Source: an uncultured Pelagibacteraceae bacterium (GTDB lineage: Bacteria > Pseudomonadota > Alphaproteobacteria > Pelagibacterales > Pelagibacteraceae). From it: a DNA stretch of 64,000 nt. Under the pieces are notes generated by a model. It saw only the letters and a program-made list of their open reading frames with translations. It ran no database searches and was not told the DNA's origin. Shown piece after piece: positions 38,241 through 48,714 of this stretch. How positions within the stretch are numbered: position 1 is the stretch's first letter; each line of letters begins with the position of its first letter. The position numbers and the translations under genes were made by a program. The stretch lies in assembly GCA_902582155.1 (NCBI GenBank), contig CACHRI010000001.1, forward strand, positions 73,307 through 137,306, in the 5' to 3' direction.

Positions 38241-38843
38241 TTAGTAAAGGTTTTGAGCTGCTACCATAGTTAATAGCATTGGTATTGATAACAAGGTATT
38301 AATTCTTGAAGTTAACATAGCTTTTTTCGCTGCAATTGGTTTTTCTTCAGTCGAGCATTCAACAATACCCAAAGCTTTTTTTTGGTTTGGCCAAATAATA
38401 AACCAAACATTATAAGCCATTATTAATCCTAACCACATTCCAATTCCTATCGCAGTATTCTTGCCACCACCGCTACCTATTCCTAAAGTCATTGCCTGAT
38501 GTAAATATCCATTAAGGTAGGCAACAATTAATCCTGTTAAAATTGTAACTAAAGCAGCCCATCTAAACCAAAATAAAACTTTTGGCGCAATTATTTTGCT
38601 AATAGCAGGTTTTTGATCATCAGGGATGTTTGGCATACTAGGTATTTGTACAAAATTTAAATACCAAAGAAGACCAATCCACATTATGCCAGACAAAACA
38701 TGCATATATCTAAATAGCCAGCTGAAAAAATATTGGTCTAAAGCAAATCCACCACTACTGAAATAAAGTCCAATAAATAATAATACTGCTAATAGAATAG
38801 AATAATGAATTGTTCTTGATAAGGATTGAAGAATTGAGATCAT
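38241..38843 (-). CDS. PuuD/urate oxidase N-terminal-like membrane protein (no cytochrome c domain)
   Basis: RYMHVLSGIMWIGLLWYLNFVQ, WFRWAA, NVWFIIWPNQKK, SRINT. Confidence 0.8.
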   Translation of the reverse strand: MISILQSLSRTIHYSILLAVLLFIGLYFSSGGFALDQYFFSWLFRYMHVLSGIMWIGLLWYLNFVQIPSMPNIPDDQKPAISKIIAPKVLFWFRWAALVTILTGLIVAYLNGYLHQAMTLGIGSGGGKNTAIGIGMWLGLIMAYNVWFIIWPNQKKALGIVECSTEEKPIAAKKAMLTSRINTLLSIPMLLTMVAAQNLY

Positions 38844-38871
38844 GCACTAGTATAACATAAAAAATGAATTA

Positions 38872-41751
38872 TTAGGCCGTTTTTTTCATCTTCTGTATAC
38901 TTAAAATATCCTTTAAAAATCTACCTGTAAAACTTGCCTTTTCAGAAGATACCTTTTCTGGCGTACCCTGCGCTATAATTTCACCACCTGATTCTCCACC
39001 CTCAGGACCCATATCAATAATATGATCAGCAGTTTTTATGACATCTAAATTGTGTTCAATAACTACAACTGTATTACCTGTATTCACAAAAGCTTGCAAT
39101 ATATCAAGTAGCTTTTTAATATCATGTGAATGCAAACCTGTTGTTGGCTCATCTAAAATATACAACGTTCGCCCAGTGGATCTTTTTGAAAGTTCTTTAG
39201 CAAGTTTTATTCTTTGCGCTTCTCCACCAGATAGAGTAGTCGCTTGCTGTCCAATTTTCATGTAGCCTAAACCAACATGTTTTAAAGTTATTAATTTAGA
39301 TCTAATTGATTGAATATTTTCAAAAAAATCACATCCCTCGTCAACAGTCATATCTAAGACATCAGCAATATTTTTATTTTTAAATCTAATTTCTAAAGTT
39401 TCTCTATTATATCTAGCACCTTTACAAGTATCACAAGGAATGAAAACATCAGGTAAGAAGTGCATTTCATACGTTAGAACACCATCACCTTCACAAGTCT
39501 CACATCTTCCACCTTTTACGTTAAAGGAGAATCTACCAACTTTATAACCTCTAGCTTTTGACTCTGGTAAATTAGCAAACCAATCTCTTATAGGACCGAA
39601 AGCACCAGTATAAGTTGCTGGATTTGATCTAGGAGTTCTACCTATTGGGGATTGATCAATATCTATAATTTTATCAATTAATTCAGTACCCTTATAATTT
39701 TTAAAAGCTTTAGGTAATTTTCTAGATTTATTATTATTTAGAATAAGATTTAGAGCATTGTATAAAGTATGTAAAACTAAAGTTGATTTACCACTACCGG
39801 AGACACCTGTAACACATGTAAATGTTCCAATCGGTATTTTTAAATCTACACTCTTTAAATTATTTCCTGTAGCTCCAATTATTTCTAAATACCGACCATT
39901 CTTTGCTAAACGTCTTTTTTTTGGTGTTGATATAATTTTTTGACCTGATAAATAACTTCCAGTAATACTATTTTTTTCCTCTATTATATTATTTATCTCT
40001 CCTTGAGCAATAATTTGGCCCCCGTTAAGACCTGCCTCAGGTCCAATATCAATAATATGATCTGCGTTTTCCATAGTTTCAATGTCATGCTCAACAACAA
40101 TAACTGTATTTCCAAGATCTCTAAGTTTTTTTAAAGCTGTAATAAGTTTTTTATTATCTCTTTGGTGCAAACCAATTGACGGCTCATCTAATACGTATAA
40201 AACACCAGTAAGTCCTGATCCAATTTGAGAGGCCAATCTTATCCTTTGTGCCTCTCCACCAGAAAGTGTTCCTGATTCTCTTGATAGAGTAAGATAATTT
40301 AAACCCACATTTAAAAGAAAGTTCAATCTCTCATTAATCTCTTTCAAAATATGTTGAGCAATTTTATTTTGCTTGTCATCTAAATGACTTGGAAGATCTT
40401 CGAACCATTTTTTTGCATCCTCTATTGATTTATGAGTAATTTGACTAATATTTAGGTCGTTAATTTTTACGCATAATGCCTCATCTTTTAATCTTAAACC
40501 TTTGCATTTGTCACAATTAGACTCTGATTGATATTGAGATATTTCTTCTCTTTTCCACTCACTATCAGTTTCCAAAAATCTTCTCTCAAGATTATTTATA
40601 ACTCCTTCAAAAGCCTTTTTTGTTGTGTAAGTTTCATAATTATCATCATATGAAAACTTTATTTCCTCATCATCTGAGCCATATAAAATAATTTCTTGTA
40701 TTTTTTTTGGTATTTTTTTCCACTTTTCAGTTAGTGAAAATTTGTAATGTTTTGCTAGTGAAGCTAAAGTTTGTGCATAATACAAACTTGTACTTTTAGA
40801 CCAGGGAACAATAGCACCATCCTGCAATGATTTATTTTCATCTTGGACAACAAGTTTAGGATCCACATTTAAATTGCTCCCTATACCTTCACATTCTTCA
40901 CATGCGCCATAAGGTGAATTAAATGAAAATAGTCTTGGTTCTATCTCTTCAATTGTAAAACCACTTTCAGGACAAGAAAATTTTGAAGAAAAAGTGATCG
41001 TCTCAATTTTTCTAAATTTTTTAGGCAAACTTTCATTTTCATATTCAACAACTAATAAACCATTTGATAAATTTAATGCCGTTTCAACACTATCAGCTAG
41101 TCTATTTCCAATTGATGAATTTATAACTATTCTATCAACAATAATAGAAATATCGTGTTTTAATTTTTTATTAAGGTTTGGAAAGTCATCAATTTGATAG
41201 TATTTACCATCTACTTTTATCTTTTGAAAACCTCTTTTTTTAAAATTTAAAATTTCTTTTTTATATTCTCCTTTTCTTCCTCTTACTATTGGAGCTAATA
41301 AATATATAGTATTACTTTTGGGAAGTGCTTTAATTTTATCAACCATATCACTTACTGATTGAGATACTATGGGCTTTCCCGTAAAGGGAGAGTAGGGAAC
41401 ACCTGCTCTAGCAAAAAGAACTCTCATGTAGTCATAAATTTCTGTTACCGTAGCTACAGTGGACCTAGGATTTTTTGATGTATTTTTTTGTTCTATTGAA
41501 ATCGCTGGACTTAAACCCTCAATAAAATCAACGTTAGGTTTTTTCATTTTATCTAAAAATTGACGAGCATAAGCTGATAAGCTTTCTACGTATCTTCTTT
41601 GTCCTTCTGCGTAAATTGTATCAAAAGCCAGTGATGATTTACCCGACCCAGACAACCCTGTAATCACCACTAATTTATCTTTAGGAATTTCTAATGAAAC
41701 ATTTTTTAAATTATGTTCTTTTGCACCCTTTATAACGATTTTTTTAAGCAT
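38872..41751 (-). CDS. uvrA: excinuclease ABC subunit A
   Basis: Two ABC ATPase modules ([16 protein letters not shown]), LSGGEAQRI x2, Zn fingers. Confidence 0.98.
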   Translation of the reverse strand: MLKKIVIKGAKEHNLKNVSLEIPKDKLVVITGLSGSGKSSLAFDTIYAEGQRRYVESLSAYARQFLDKMKKPNVDFIEGLSPAISIEQKNTSKNPRSTVATVTEIYDYMRVLFARAGVPYSPFTGKPIVSQSVSDMVDKIKALPKSNTIYLLAPIVRGRKGEYKKEILNFKKRGFQKIKVDGKYYQIDDFPNLNKKLKHDISIIVDRIVINSSIGNRLADSVETALNLSNGLLVVEYENESLPKKFRKIETITFSSKFSCPESGFTIEEIEPRLFSFNSPYGACEECEGIGSNLNVDPKLVVQDENKSLQDGAIVPWSKSTSLYYAQTLASLAKHYKFSLTEKWKKIPKKIQEIILYGSDDEEIKFSYDDNYETYTTKKAFEGVINNLERRFLETDSEWKREEISQYQSESNCDKCKGLRLKDEALCVKINDLNISQITHKSIEDAKKWFEDLPSHLDDKQNKIAQHILKEINERLNFLLNVGLNYLTLSRESGTLSGGEAQRIRLASQIGSGLTGVLYVLDEPSIGLHQRDNKKLITALKKLRDLGNTVIVVEHDIETMENADHIIDIGPEAGLNGGQIIAQGEINNIIEEKNSITGSYLSGQKIISTPKKRRLAKNGRYLEIIGATGNNLKSVDLKIPIGTFTCVTGVSGSGKSTLVLHTLYNALNLILNNNKSRKLPKAFKNYKGTELIDKIIDIDQSPIGRTPRSNPATYTGAFGPIRDWFANLPESKARGYKVGRFSFNVKGGRCETCEGDGVLTYEMHFLPDVFIPCDTCKGARYNRETLEIRFKNKNIADVLDMTVDEGCDFFENIQSIRSKLITLKHVGLGYMKIGQQATTLSGGEAQRIKLAKELSKRSTGRTLYILDEPTTGLHSHDIKKLLDILQAFVNTGNTVVVIEHNLDVIKTADHIIDMGPEGGESGGEIIAQGTPEKVSSEKASFTGRFLKDILSIQKMKKTA

Positions 41752-41852
41752 ATTTTGTTAACACATTTAATAATGAGCTTATAAATAACATACAATTATG
41801 ATATAATTTTAATTAATATAATTAGAAATCAACAACTATTCAAAAAATTTAT

Positions 41853-42311
41853 ATGGCAGGTAGTCTAAATAAAGTCCAATTAATAGGCAGATTAGGAGCC
41901 GATCCTGAAATTAAACAAATGGTAAATGGTAAAAACGTCGCAAGACTAAGCATTGCTACTAGTCAATCGTGGAAAGACAAAAATACAGGAGAAAAAAAAG
42001 AAAAAACAGAATGGCATCGTGTTGTAATATTTAACGAAGGTCTTGTAGGTGTGGTTCAACAATATCTTAAAAAAGGAGCAAATGTTTATATTGAAGGTCA
42101 GTTAAGTACTCGAAAATGGAAAGATGAGAGTACAGGCCAAGATAAATATTCAACTGAAATAATTCTTCAAGGCTACAACTCAAGTCTTACAATGCTAGAG
42201 GGAAGAAATAAAAATGAAAATTCAAACTTGGTTTCAGAAAATAAAAGCTCATTACCAGATGAAAGTTTAAATCAAGACAAAACTGATTTAGATGATGAAA
42301 TTCCATTTTAA
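41853..42311 (+). CDS. ssb: single-stranded DNA-binding protein
   Basis: [19 protein letters not shown]-terminal DDEIPF. Confidence 0.98.
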   Translation: MAGSLNKVQLIGRLGADPEIKQMVNGKNVARLSIATSQSWKDKNTGEKKEKTEWHRVVIFNEGLVGVVQQYLKKGANVYIEGQLSTRKWKDESTGQDKYSTEIILQGYNSSLTMLEGRNKNENSNLVSENKSSLPDESLNQDKTDLDDEIPF

Positions 42312-42313
42312 TT

Positions 42314-44884
42314 ATGGAAAAAGAGAATATAAATAATAATACAGCTAAACCAATATTAGTAAGAAAAGAGATGAGCTCATCTTATCTTTCTTACGCCATG
42401 AGTGTTATAGTAAGTCGAGCCCTTCCTGATGTAAGAGATGGCCTAAAACCTGTACATAGAAGAATTATTTATGCAATGTATAAAGGTGGTTACGATTGGT
42501 CTAAAAATTTTAGAAAATCAGCAAGAATAGTAGGTGACGTAATTGGTAAATATCACCCGCACGGCGATCAAGCAGTTTACGATGCATTAGTAAGACTCGT
42601 TCAAGATTTTTCTATGAGTCTTCCTTTATTAAAAGGACAAGGAAATTTTGGGTCAGTTGATGGAGATCCGCCAGCCGCAATGAGATATACTGAAACTAAA
42701 TTAGGAAAAATTTCTCAATATCTTACAGAAGATTTAGAAAAAGAAACTGTCTCATTCAGAAACAATTATGATGAGACTGAGAAAGAGCCGACTGTTCTAC
42801 CTTCTCAATATCCAAATTTACTTGTAAACGGTGCTGGTGGTATTGCAGTTGGTATGGCAACAAGTATTCCCCCACATAATCTTGGCGAAGTAATTGATGC
42901 TACTAATGCATTAATTGAAAATCAAAATATAACTATTTCGCAATTAATGAAATATATTCCAGGTCCAGATTTTCCAACTGGTGGTTTAATTATTGGAAAA
43001 GAATTTATTAAACAAGGTTATAATAAGGGTCGTGGCTCTTTTAAAATTAGAGGAGAAATAGAATTTGAAGAGAAGAAAAACGGTAGATCAATTTTAATCA
43101 TTAAGTCTATTCCTTACCAAATTAACAAATCAATATTAAATGAAAAAATAGCTACCTTAGCCCGTGATAAAAAAATCGAAGGCATAAGTGATATTAGAGA
43201 CGAATCTAATAGAGAAGGTATAAGAATAGTTGTTGAATTAAGAAGAGGCGTTGAACCTGAAACTATAAGAAGACAACTGTATAAACTTACAAATGTAGAA
43301 AGTTCATTCGGTTTTAACACTTTAGCTTTAGTTGATAACAAACCAAAAATACTCAATTTAAAAGAATTTATTTCAGAATTTTTAAAATTTAGAGAGACGA
43401 CTGTTCTTAAAAAAGTTAAATTTGATTTAAGAAAAGCAGAAGAAAGAGCTCATATTTTAATAGGGTTAGCGACTGCAGTAGAAAATATTGATGCGATAAT
43501 AAAGATTATCAAAAATTCCAAAAACAATGAAATAGCAAAAAAGAATTTACTAGATAAAAAGTGGAAAATAAAGAAAAGCAGTAAACTTGTTTCACTAATA
43601 GAGAAGAAAAAAAACATTCTCTCATATTCTTTATCGAATGAACAGGTTACAGCAATACTTGAATTAAGACTTCAAAAATTAACTGCTTTTGGTATATCTG
43701 AAATAGAAAATGAAATAAATAAACTTGCAGCTCTTATAGTTGACTTAAATAAAATACTAAATTCTAAAAAAGAACTTTATAAATTAATTAAAGATGAATT
43801 AAACTCTATTAAGGACAAATTTGCTGTACCTAGACGAACAAAAATCATAGATGCTGTTTTAAATTATAATATTGAGGAAACTATTCAAAAAGAGTTTGTA
43901 GTAATAAATATTACAAATAAAGGATATATAAAACGAAGCCCGCTTACTTCATTAAAAGCTCAAAAAAGAGGTGGCAAAGGAAAAACTGGGATTACAACAA
44001 GAGAAGAAGATTTTGTCGTACAAATTTTTACGGCAAATACTCATACACCAATGTTATTTTTTTCTACTCAAGGCTTAGTTTATAAAATTAAAGCTTATAA
44101 AATACCTGAAGGCACAGCCACGTCCAAAGGAAAATCAATCTTTAATATACTACCTTTAAAAAGTCATCATTCTATAAGCTCAATAATGCCATTACCAGAA
44201 GATGAAAATGAATGGAAAAATTTAAAGATAATATTTGTAACTTCAAAAGGCAATATAAGAAAAAATTCGTTAGAGGACTTTATTAATATTAATGCGTCTG
44301 GAAAAATTGCAATGAAATTATCAGAGAATGATAAAATAGTTAGTGTTAAAATCTGCAAAGAAGAACAAGACATTTTATTAAGTACTAAATTTGGTAAATC
44401 GATCAGATTTATGTCTAAAAAACTTCGATTATTCAAAGGAAGGGCGTCCAAAGGTATTAGGGGCATACAATTGGCAGATGGTGATGAAGTGATATCTCTC
44501 TCGATATTAGATAATACAAAGATAGATGCCCAGAAAATTAAGAAAGATATTAAAATTAAAAAAGGATTAGAAAAATTTATATTATCAGTATCAGAAAATG
44601 GTTATGGCAAAAGAACTTCTTATTTTGATTATAGAGTAACAAATAGAGGAGGAAAGGGGATTATAGGAATAATTAACTCTTCAAGAAACGGAAACATAGC
44701 CTCAAGTTTAGTTGTCGGTGAGGATGATGAAATAATTTTATCTACTGATAAAGGAAGTATAATGAGATGTGCTGTCAAAGAAATAAGAACAGCAGGAAGA
44801 AATACTCAAGGAGTACGTATAAAGAAATTAAAAGGTGAGGAAAAAGTTGTGTCAGTAATTAAAATAGATGATAATATACAATAA
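42314..44884 (+). CDS. gyrA: DNA gyrase subunit A
   Basis: [23 protein letters not shown], GyrA box QKRGGKG. Confidence 0.97.
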   Translation: MEKENINNNTAKPILVRKEMSSSYLSYAMSVIVSRALPDVRDGLKPVHRRIIYAMYKGGYDWSKNFRKSARIVGDVIGKYHPHGDQAVYDALVRLVQDFSMSLPLLKGQGNFGSVDGDPPAAMRYTETKLGKISQYLTEDLEKETVSFRNNYDETEKEPTVLPSQYPNLLVNGAGGIAVGMATSIPPHNLGEVIDATNALIENQNITISQLMKYIPGPDFPTGGLIIGKEFIKQGYNKGRGSFKIRGEIEFEEKKNGRSILIIKSIPYQINKSILNEKIATLARDKKIEGISDIRDESNREGIRIVVELRRGVEPETIRRQLYKLTNVESSFGFNTLALVDNKPKILNLKEFISEFLKFRETTVLKKVKFDLRKAEERAHILIGLATAVENIDAIIKIIKNSKNNEIAKKNLLDKKWKIKKSSKLVSLIEKKKNILSYSLSNEQVTAILELRLQKLTAFGISEIENEINKLAALIVDLNKILNSKKELYKLIKDELNSIKDKFAVPRRTKIIDAVLNYNIEETIQKEFVVINITNKGYIKRSPLTSLKAQKRGGKGKTGITTREEDFVVQIFTANTHTPMLFFSTQGLVYKIKAYKIPEGTATSKGKSIFNILPLKSHHSISSIMPLPEDENEWKNLKIIFVTSKGNIRKNSLEDFININASGKIAMKLSENDKIVSVKICKEEQDILLSTKFGKSIRFMSKKLRLFKGRASKGIRGIQLADGDEVISLSILDNTKIDAQKIKKDIKIKKGLEKFILSVSENGYGKRTSYFDYRVTNRGGKGIIGIINSSRNGNIASSLVVGEDDEIILSTDKGSIMRCAVKEIRTAGRNTQGVRIKKLKGEEKVVSVIKIDDNIQ

Positions 44885-44886
44885 TT

Positions 44887-45378
44887 ATGAGCACAGCAAT
44901 TTATCCAGGAACGTTTGATCCAATAACTCACGGTCATATAGATGTTATTAGAAAATCTCTTAAAATTTTCGACAAAATTATAATTGCAGCTGCAGAAAAT
45001 ATTAATAAAGACTATTTGTTTTCAAGTGATGAAAGAGTTGAAATTATTAAAGAATCTCTCTTTAAAGATTTGAAATTTAATAAAAAAAAAATTAAAATAA
45101 TTTCTTTCAACACTTTAACAATTAAACTATGTAATCAATATAAGGCTAAAGTAATTATAAGAGGTTTAAGAGCGGCTTCTGACTTTGAATATGAGTTTCA
45201 ATTAGCAGGAATGAACAAAAAATTAAAGGACGACATTGAAACAATATTTTTAATGTCAGATGTTGAAAATCAAATTATTTCTTCTAAGTTTGTCAAAGAA
45301 ATTGCTAAATTGGATGGAAATATTGATAAATTTTTAACAAGATCTGTTGTAAAAAAAGTAAAGAATAAATTAGAATGA
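44887..45378 (+). CDS. coaD: phosphopantetheine adenylyltransferase
   Basis: YPGTFDPITHGH, RGLR..DFEYE. Confidence 0.97.
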   Translation: MSTAIYPGTFDPITHGHIDVIRKSLKIFDKIIIAAAENINKDYLFSSDERVEIIKESLFKDLKFNKKKIKIISFNTLTIKLCNQYKAKVIIRGLRAASDFEYEFQLAGMNKKLKDDIETIFLMSDVENQIISSKFVKEIAKLDGNIDKFLTRSVVKKVKNKLE

Positions 45379-45926
45379 ATAGATATTTTTTTTTAATTTT
45401 AATATTTTTTTTTTTATTTAAAAATTTAAATGCGGAGGATAAAATGATTATGAAACTTAAAGATGGAGACGTAGAAATTGAACTTTTTAGTGACATTGCT
45501 CCAAATCATGTAAAAAGATTTAAGGAGCTTTCCGAAAAAGGTTTATATGATGGAGTTGTATTTCACAGAGTTATAGAGGGTTTTATGGCTCAAAGTGGAG
45601 ATGTAAAACATGGTAATTCTAATTCTAAAAATTTTAATTTACAATTAGCAGGTACCGGTGGTTCTGATTTACCTGATTTAAAATCAGAATTTTCTGATAC
45701 TCCTCACGTAAGAGGAACATTATCTGCAGCGCGATCATCAGATCCAAATAGTGCTAATAGTCAATTTTTTATATGTTTTGAACCGGCACCACATTTGGAC
45801 AGGCAATATACAGTTTTTGGAAAAGTTATTAAAGGTATGGAGTTAATAGATAAAATTAAGAAAGGTGATGGGCCCAACGGTTCAGTTCAAAATCCGGATA
45901 AAATAATTAGTTTAAAGTTAAAATAA
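45375..45926 (+). CDS. cyclophilin-type peptidyl-prolyl isomerase with signal peptide
   Basis: FHRVIEGFMAQ, SANSQFFI, YTVFG. Confidence 0.94.
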   Translation: MNRYFFLILIFFFLFKNLNAEDKMIMKLKDGDVEIELFSDIAPNHVKRFKELSEKGLYDGVVFHRVIEGFMAQSGDVKHGNSNSKNFNLQLAGTGGSDLPDLKSEFSDTPHVRGTLSAARSSDPNSANSQFFICFEPAPHLDRQYTVFGKVIKGMELIDKIKKGDGPNGSVQNPDKIISLKLK

Positions 45927-45932
45927 CTTTGG

Positions 45933-47048
45933 ATGAAAAGAAAAAACTTTTCTTTTAAATTAATTTCAAGACATAAAAATGCTAGATTAGGAAAAATTTT
46001 TACCAAAAGAGGAAATATTGATACACCAGCATTCATGCCTGTTGGTACTTTAGGCACAGTTAAAGGTTTGTTCGTTGAAGATATAAAAAAAACTGGTTCG
46101 CAAATAATATTGGGCAATACATATCATTTAATGCTTAGACCTGGGACTAACATCTTAGAAAAATTTAACGGCTTACATAAATTTATGAACTGGGAAAAAC
46201 CGATATTAACTGACTCAGGTGGTTTTCAAATTATGTCTCTTTCTAAACTAAACAGGATAGACAGAAAAATAGGAGCAATTTTCCAGTCACATTTAGATGG
46301 AAAAAAAATAATTTTAAGTCCTGAAAAAAGTATTCAAATACAGAAATCAATAAATTCAGATATTCTAATGGTGTTGGATGAATGTCCCAAACTAACAAAA
46401 AACAGAGAAATCTTGATTGATGCTATTAAAACATCAACCGAATGGGCAAAAAGATGTAAAGTTGAATTTGGAAATCAAAAAGAAAAGGCTTTGTTTGGAA
46501 TTATACAAGGTGGATTGTATCAAGATTTAAGACTTAAGAGCTTGAAAGAACTTGAAGAAATTAACTTTGATGGTTACGCAATTGGAGGTCTAGCGGTAGG
46601 TGAAACTCAAAAAGAAATGTTTAGTACTGTAAAAAAAATTACAGAATATATGCCCCAAAATAAACCAAGGTATTTAATGGGAGTAGGAACTCCATCTGAT
46701 ATTCTTGGAGCAGTAAATGAGGGTGTAGATATGTTTGATTGTGTTATGCCAACTAGGTCAGGAAGAACAGGTCTCGCTTTTACTTGGGAAGGAAAAATTA
46801 ATTTAAAAAATGCACGATATCAAAATGATAAATCACCTTTGGATAAAAATTGTAACCTGAGAGGATTGAAAAACTACTCAAAAAGTTATTTAAATCATTT
46901 AATTAAATCAAATGAACTACTAGCATCAATGTTAATTTCACTTCACAACATTAATTTTTATCAACAATTTATGAGTGAAATAAGGAAAAGTATTAAGAGT
47001 CGCACGTTTACTAAATTTTATAATAGATATATTAAATTATTTAATTAA
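45933..47048 (+). CDS. tgt: tRNA-guanine transglycosylase
   Basis: TPAFMPVGT, DSGGFQ, GGLAVGE, DMFDCV. Confidence 0.97.
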   Translation: MKRKNFSFKLISRHKNARLGKIFTKRGNIDTPAFMPVGTLGTVKGLFVEDIKKTGSQIILGNTYHLMLRPGTNILEKFNGLHKFMNWEKPILTDSGGFQIMSLSKLNRIDRKIGAIFQSHLDGKKIILSPEKSIQIQKSINSDILMVLDECPKLTKNREILIDAIKTSTEWAKRCKVEFGNQKEKALFGIIQGGLYQDLRLKSLKELEEINFDGYAIGGLAVGETQKEMFSTVKKITEYMPQNKPRYLMGVGTPSDILGAVNEGVDMFDCVMPTRSGRTGLAFTWEGKINLKNARYQNDKSPLDKNCNLRGLKNYSKSYLNHLIKSNELLASMLISLHNINFYQQFMSEIRKSIKSRTFTKFYNRYIKLFN

Positions 47049-47095
47049 CAAATTTATTGAATTTTTAACTAATTGTATGTAAAAGGACATTCTTT

Positions 47096-47171
47096 GGGCC
47101 CTTAGCTCAGTTGGTAGAGCACCTCCCTTTTAAGGAGGGTGTCGATGGTTCGAGTCCATCAGGGCTCACCA
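47096..47171 (+). tRNA. tRNA-Lys(UUU)
   Basis: CCTCC-CTTTTAA-GGAGG anticodon arm, encoded CCA. Confidence 0.97.
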
Positions 47172-47178
47172 ATATTAA

Positions 47179-48015
47179 TTAAGTTGATATTGGTGGATAC
47201 TCAATCATAACTTCTCTGATCCAGTTTTCTAAATTTTCAATTCTTTTAGTACTTGAAGGATGGGTGCTTAAGAAAACAGGTGGCTCTTTACCTTTATTCC
47301 GTTCTGCCATTCTTTCCCATAACTTGACTGACTCTCTAATATCATATCCAGATAAAGAAGAAAAAATTAATCCCAAATAATCAGCCTCTGTTTCTTGTTT
47401 TCGACCAAAAGGATTCATTATACCTATTCTGTAAATATCCATGCCTGTTGTATTACCAACTTGATTCCTAGCTTGACTCACTGCACCCCCGGTAAAAATA
47501 TCTGCTACTGCTGTTCCTATATTGATTGTCATGGCTTGACTGGCTCTTTCAACAGAATGTCTTGCTACTGCGTGTGCTATTTCATGACCCATTACAATTG
47601 ATAGGGCGTCTGTATTTTTTGTTACTTTTAGCAGGCCAGTGTAAACAGCAATTTTACCACCTGGCATACACCAGGCATTTACAATTTTATCATTATCAAC
47701 CAATACATAATCCCATCCAAAGTTAGCAGTAGGATCTTTCTCTCCTTTTTTTAAAAAAAAAGCACTTACGGCACTTTCAATTTTTTTTCCTATTTCTTTA
47801 ATTTCTCTTAGTTGAGATCCTTTTGTTATTAATTTGGCTTTACTCCTAAAATTTTCATACGCAGCTTCAGCTTGACGATTAATCGTAGCTTCAGGAATGA
47901 GACTAAGTTGCTTTCTTTCAGTAATTGGCACCGTAGCACAAGACGGTAATAATAAAGAGCAGCAACCACAGCCAAATAAGCCAAGAAATTTTCTTCTATT
48001 TATGATATGTTTCAT
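47179..48015 (-). CDS. M48 family zinc metallopeptidase, probable Tat-type lipoprotein
   Basis: NAWCMPGG, HEIAH, ETEAD, STHP; NRRKFL and LPSC signal; alternative start 48024. Confidence 0.92.
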   Translation of the reverse strand: MKHIINRRKFLGLFGCGCCSLLLPSCATVPITERKQLSLIPEATINRQAEAAYENFRSKAKLITKGSQLREIKEIGKKIESAVSAFFLKKGEKDPTANFGWDYVLVDNDKIVNAWCMPGGKIAVYTGLLKVTKNTDALSIVMGHEIAHAVARHSVERASQAMTINIGTAVADIFTGGAVSQARNQVGNTTGMDIYRIGIMNPFGRKQETEADYLGLIFSSLSGYDIRESVKLWERMAERNKGKEPPVFLSTHPSSTKRIENLENWIREVMIEYPPIST

Positions 48016-48099
48016 CAGATTCATGATTTTAAATAATAAATTACTAATTGCAATTTTTATATTAATATTAATATTTATAGTATATTCGAGTTATAACTA

Positions 48100-48714
48100 A
48101 TGGCAGAAAAACGAAAAAAAACATCATTTTTATCAAAATTAAGAAATAATTTCTTCGCTGGTGCGGTAGTTTTAATACCAATCGGTATAACTTTATATTT
48201 GTCGTTATTTATTGTAAAAATATCAACAAAAATTCTCCCCAAGGAATTAAACCCAAACAATTACTTACCTTTTGAAATTCCAGGAATTGAAATTATAATT
48301 GCTGTTATAATTATTACTTTTATAGGATGGCTATCATTATCTTTCTTAGGTAAAAAAATATTTGAATTAATAAATAATATTTTAAAAAAAATACCTATAT
48401 TGAGAACTATTTATTCAGCAATTAATCAAATGACAGAGAGTTTGACTAAAAGTGACAATAAACAAAAAAGTGTCGTTTTACTCGAATACCCAAGAAAAGA
48501 TGTTTGGGCAGTTGGTTTTGCAACAAAAGAGAATAAAGGAATTATTAATGATAAAGTTGGCAATGAACTTGTAAATGTTTTCGTGCCAACAACACCGAAT
48601 CCCACAAGTGGTTTCTTGCTAATGGTCCCAAAGAAGCACTTGATCTTTTTAGACATTAGTTTTGAACAAGCTTCTAAATTCATTGTTTCGGCCGGTACTT
48701 CAGATATAGATTAA
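48100..48714 (+). CDS. DUF502 domain membrane protein
   Basis: EYPR, FVPTTPNPTSG motifs. Confidence 0.9.
   Translation: MAEKRKKTSFLSKLRNNFFAGAVVLIPIGITLYLSLFIVKISTKILPKELNPNNYLPFEIPGIEIIIAVIIITFIGWLSLSFLGKKIFELINNILKKIPILRTIYSAINQMTESLTKSDNKQKSVVLLEYPRKDVWAVGFATKENKGIINDKVGNELVNVFVPTTPNPTSGFLLMVPKKHLIFLDISFEQASKFIVSAGTSDID

Noticed and set aside
41752-41852. Expected LexA box between uvrA and ssb
   Set aside because: No GTTC-N7-GTTC or GAAC-N7-GAAC found, so no site reported
42554-42590. GyrA Gln at the Ser83-equivalent position as quinolone resistance
   Set aside because: Non-Ser residues here are common natural variants in alphaproteobacteria
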